A stretch of 64,000 nt of DNA. Source: an uncultured Poribacteria bacterium. Its GTDB lineage: Bacteria > Poribacteria > WGA-4E > WGA-3G. Below the pieces are notes generated by a model, which was given only the letters and a program-made list of their open reading frames with translations, made no database searches and was not told where the DNA came from. The translations under genes and the position numbers were made by a program. Positions 60,316-64,000 of the stretch are shown here, piece by piece; position 1 is the stretch's first letter, and each line of letters opens with the position of its first letter. Location of the stretch: the NCBI GenBank assembly GCA_951813565.1, contig OX638351.1, forward strand, positions 3,968,001 to 4,032,000. The letters run 5' to 3'.

Positions 60316-62091
60316 TTAATCCGGATTATACTCAGACGCCAACACATAAAAGAATTGGCAAATTGTCTTTTCATCAGATAACTCAGAATTACGCTGATTT
60401 TCTGAATCTTCCTGCATATCAAATTCCAATTGTGAACCTGCCGGTAAGAAAATAGGCTCGCGGTAATGGTAAATATCCAACCATTGATTCAGCCATGCAA
60501 TGCGAGATTCCTTCACCCATAGCATCTTAATGTGTTCACCCGTGGGAGTTATGGCAACAACCCGCAGCCCCTGTTTATCCACATACAATGGTGAAAATAC
60601 TGCGAACACATAGGCATCGTTTTTAAATTCATAAGATAAATCAGCCTCTTGCTGATTAGCATCGTCATAGTTCGTCAGGGTTGCCTTGTGTAACCGTGCT
60701 GTTTCTGGTGTATTAGAAAAATAGAGGCTTAATTGTAAGTTTTCGCGTTCCTGACGGTCAGAGCCTTTGTATAACACATTTAGAATAATTTGACCACCCT
60801 TTGGTAGCAGATATCCCACCCCTTCAGGCAGAACAGTAGGCGTAAAACCTGGTGCCCAAGTTCCAAGTCTCACATCAACAGTGTGATTTTGATTGGTCTG
60901 TGCATTTAAATTAAACTGGTTGCCATCAGGTTTAACATTTCGCTGCGTTTTGAGGTATGTTGTAATACGGCGCGTCATCTTTGTATTTTTAGACTGAAAA
61001 TCGATCCCTCGCACAAACACATCTTTCCCAAAATCTGTTTGGATGGTGATAGTGAGCGATGCGTGTTTTCCTGCAGTCAACTCTTTAAAGATAATTGGGA
61101 TCTCTTTTTGCATATCCGGTTCTCCGAGTACCCATGTTTCTGAAGATTGCGCTACAAGTAAATCATTGATTTTAGGACCCGCTGGTGTGTCGGCATTAAC
61201 CCAATTTGCTATCATCTCAATTTCGGTATCTGTGAGTCTCAGTTCATTCTTGAATTTGCCGTAACTCTGCCCCAATCTCCACGGTGGCATCAGGCGCTTT
61301 TGTGTCTGTTCAGCGATTTTGGCTGCATGTGCTTTCGCATCGTCATAATCCTCAAGCGCGAACGGTGCAATCCCATCCTGATGGTGACAGGTAAGACAAT
61401 TTTTTTGGAGTATCGGTGCAATGTGTTCGCTATAGGTTATCTGTTTTTCAATGGGCAAGTCAGGAAGATGGATTGTGCAACCGAATGCCGCCGTTTCCTT
61501 CACAGACACAGGTTTTCCATCAAGAAGTGCAACTACAGCATCTTTCAAGTAATGATGTTTTATCCGTGTTTCATATCGATTATCGTCAATTGGACCACGG
61601 TAGCGGAGAACACCAGTTTTGTCAATAAGATGTACTTGCGGAGTCATCGTTGCCCCGAGATGGCGCGCCAAACTGCCATCTTTATCCTTCACAATCGGAA
61701 ATGTGAATTCTGCTCTTGCAATATATGCCTTGACATCATCTACCGAGTCGTTTTCGTTGGAATAGACACCGATAATGGTAACCTGTTTATCGGCAAATTC
61801 AGCGTGCATCCGCTTTAAGCGCATCGCGTATCTTTGGGCGACAGGACATTCTGTAGAGAGAAACACAAAGACGACTGGGCCTTGTTGTAGAAGTGAGGAT
61901 AAGGCGTGTGTGTTCCCTTGCAGTGTCGGAAAAGTAATATCCGAGAACTCGGTGCCGATTGGTACACTAAGAGATTGTGGCGATTTCTCTTGAATGACAC
62001 GGTGTTTTTTCGGTATCGTATAGTCTGTTTGTGCGTGTGCTGCTATTGGTATAAAAAAAATCAGTATAAGAATTGCAATTTTGTGATTCAT
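60316..62091 (-). CDS. Redoxin domain + c-type heme (CLTCH) + copper monooxygenase-like protein
   Basis: Signal peptide; FLSTECP, YRG.IDD; CxxCH followed by APF.L; MPPW. Confidence 0.75.
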   Translation of the reverse strand: MNHKIAILILIFFIPIAAHAQTDYTIPKKHRVIQEKSPQSLSVPIGTEFSDITFPTLQGNTHALSSLLQQGPVVFVFLSTECPVAQRYAMRLKRMHAEFADKQVTIIGVYSNENDSVDDVKAYIARAEFTFPIVKDKDGSLARHLGATMTPQVHLIDKTGVLRYRGPIDDNRYETRIKHHYLKDAVVALLDGKPVSVKETAAFGCTIHLPDLPIEKQITYSEHIAPILQKNCLTCHHQDGIAPFALEDYDDAKAHAAKIAEQTQKRLMPPWRLGQSYGKFKNELRLTDTEIEMIANWVNADTPAGPKINDLLVAQSSETWVLGEPDMQKEIPIIFKELTAGKHASLTITIQTDFGKDVFVRGIDFQSKNTKMTRRITTYLKTQRNVKPDGNQFNLNAQTNQNHTVDVRLGTWAPGFTPTVLPEGVGYLLPKGGQIILNVLYKGSDRQERENLQLSLYFSNTPETARLHKATLTNYDDANQQEADLSYEFKNDAYVFAVFSPLYVDKQGLRVVAITPTGEHIKMLWVKESRIAWLNQWLDIYHYREPIFLPAGSQLEFDMQEDSENQRNSELSDEKTICQFFYVLASEYNPD

Positions 62092-63050
62092 GGTTCGGAT
62101 ATTTGAAGCTGTGATGTGATTGTTGACATATATTGAAAGTATATATGCTATCGGTATGAACGTCAACTGTTTTTTGGAATTTGCTACTACAAACGTTGAA
62201 AGAAAAATGTTATAACCTACATTGCGCACTTCGAATTTCCGATTTTCGATATTTATTTCTCAAACCTGCGTGGCACCTACATCGAGCAAGCAATTTCAGG
62301 TGAATTAGAGAAAAAGAAAAGTGACAAGTGGAATCTTAATTCACGGCACCAAATCTCTATTATCCGGTACGGATCCTTTCGTGACACGGGTTTGTCCTAT
62401 AAATATTAAATTCTGATTAAACAACTGCGGAATGTGGGTTATAAGAAATTTAGGAATTAATTAAAATTTGCAATTCACTAACTTTATAATGTATAATTTC
62501 TGAATTAGTTTTTCTGTGATACTAAAATACAGTTAAAATCACGTTTTACACACAAAATGAGGAATTGGAAACCTTTAATATAAAATCACGTTGTTATTAC
62601 CTTAATGAAGGTTTTATGCCAATACTTTACGAATGGAATTGGTATAAAATATTTAAATTGGGGTTTCAATTGTAACACATCTAAAACATACACTCACCCA
62701 TTTTCAAAAGGGTGGACCGCTCACTTTTTTCGGGCGAAATACTCCTATTGGAGGAAGGAATTTGTTCAGGATTAGCCAATTATTCGATTGACAAGAACTG
62801 TAGAATTTTACGTAACTTTATGATAATCCGAAAATTGTTTTACATAGACTTTTAAGCATTAGCATTTTTAATTTTCACAAAGAGGAGGAAAACCTAACAC
62901 GTAGCGTTAATCTGGCTGTGGAAAGAATTCCACAATAGTGTCTTGCTTTTGCTTTGAAGCGTATCTTGGCAATTCGGAAATCGGACTCAGGTCAATTGAG
63001 TAATAGCATGGGAAAATAGTAAAATATTTTACCTCATGCCCGAATAAAAT

Positions 63051-63803
63051 ATGGATACGATAAACGATAAACGAATAGAGTTTGCTCACAAAAAAAGATT
63101 TAGAAAAATATGTTTAATTGTGTTTGTTGTGTTTTCATCAATAGTTTTTTCAATACCATCTTTCAGCCAGTTTACTGACTTGCCAGAAGATAAGAAGACA
63201 GTAGACCTTGGTGTTTCTGGTAATGGTATTTTGCAAACGTTCTCCTTAACTACAGTATTGCCAATTAGTAATATCAACGGTTGGGCAGGATTTTTTGGTT
63301 CCCGTGCTGCAGGTGAAGAAGGTGTAATTTCTGAAATCATTAAACTCCACATAGAAGGTGGGATTCCAATCAACAAAGTTGAGTTTGAGATATTCTCTTA
63401 TCTTGAACGTAACATAACTGATGGGACTGCGTTAACAGCGCAAGTAGGAGGTAGTATTGAACTGGAGAAATATAAGAAAGGCTCTCTTATTATTTCTGCT
63501 AATTTTGGTTATTTCTTAGAAACTATTCAACCGTTAGAAAACCTTTCAGTAAGACAATTTGATCCAACCTCGTTTAGATGGTTAATTTCCTCTACTGTAG
63601 ATTGGCAGAAACTTAATACAGAATTAACGTTTACCCCAGAAATAGGCTTCAAAAACTACAGATTTTGTGCGGAGCCCACTTTTACGTTTGATATTACAAC
63701 TCGGTTAGGTTTACGTTTGAGTGGAACTTTTACCTATAATAGTGCTCCGTTAACAGAAAATCTAAAATATAACTATCAATCAATTTTACGAATCACGCTA
63801 TAA
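63051..63803 (+). CDS. Putative outer-membrane beta-barrel protein (DUF481-like)
   Basis: Signal peptide; alternating beta strands. Confidence 0.5.
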   Translation: MDTINDKRIEFAHKKRFRKICLIVFVVFSSIVFSIPSFSQFTDLPEDKKTVDLGVSGNGILQTFSLTTVLPISNINGWAGFFGSRAAGEEGVISEIIKLHIEGGIPINKVEFEIFSYLERNITDGTALTAQVGGSIELEKYKKGSLIISANFGYFLETIQPLENLSVRQFDPTSFRWLISSTVDWQKLNTELTFTPEIGFKNYRFCAEPTFTFDITTRLGLRLSGTFTYNSAPLTENLKYNYQSILRITL

Positions 63804-63911
63804 CAGTTTGTTTCTTGATAGAATCTAATAACATACAATCTGAATTAAGATTGTTTGGTACTCCATAAAAATGGAGTGCCAATTTCTTTTTAAACTTCAA
63901 TCATAATTGGA

Positions 63912-64000
63912 CAGGACTTACGCAGTCTTGAAGATTATTGAAGGATTTGAGAGTTGATATCGTAAATAATCGTCCAATAAGCTATCTTTAAGCTCATAAA
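63912..64000 (-). mobile_element. 3' end of a second IS701 copy (truncated by the window edge)
   Basis: Near-identical reverse complement of ~55304-55392, including the TIR. Confidence 0.9.

Overview
Bacterial chromosome segment. The WD40 protein with a C-terminal 'PNYPNPFNPETWIPY' sorting domain, tandem phytanoyl-CoA dioxygenases, redoxin/DUF1080 genes and many GTAG-type palindromic repeats suggest Candidatus Poribacteria; this assignment is inference only. The centre (~21.0-41.7 kb) is a type III-D-like CRISPR-Cas locus. On the minus strand lie HD-less cas10 (GGDD intact), a cas7-csx10 fusion, cas11, cas7, cas7, csx19, cas7, an unknown gene, a CARF-HEPN effector, cas6 and cas2, and further downstream a stand-alone reverse transcriptase and cas1. 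Between cas2 and the RT, on the plus strand, sit a 54-repeat/53-spacer array and an ATPase-Csx3(Crn3) gene. Main discovery: at least 9, and possibly ~14, of the 53 spacers translate on their target strand into peptides that tile a small Csx3/Crn3 ring-nuclease-like protein. They are all antisense, include several alleles, and none matches the host csx3 gene. This suggests that mobile elements carry Csx3-like ring nucleases as anti-type III CRISPR factors and that this RT-linked system keeps targeting them. The flanks hold housekeeping and accessory genes (pstS, M32 peptidase, an STT3-like cassette, mutY and others), IS982, IS701 and IS200/605 remnants, MITEs and REP-like repeats.
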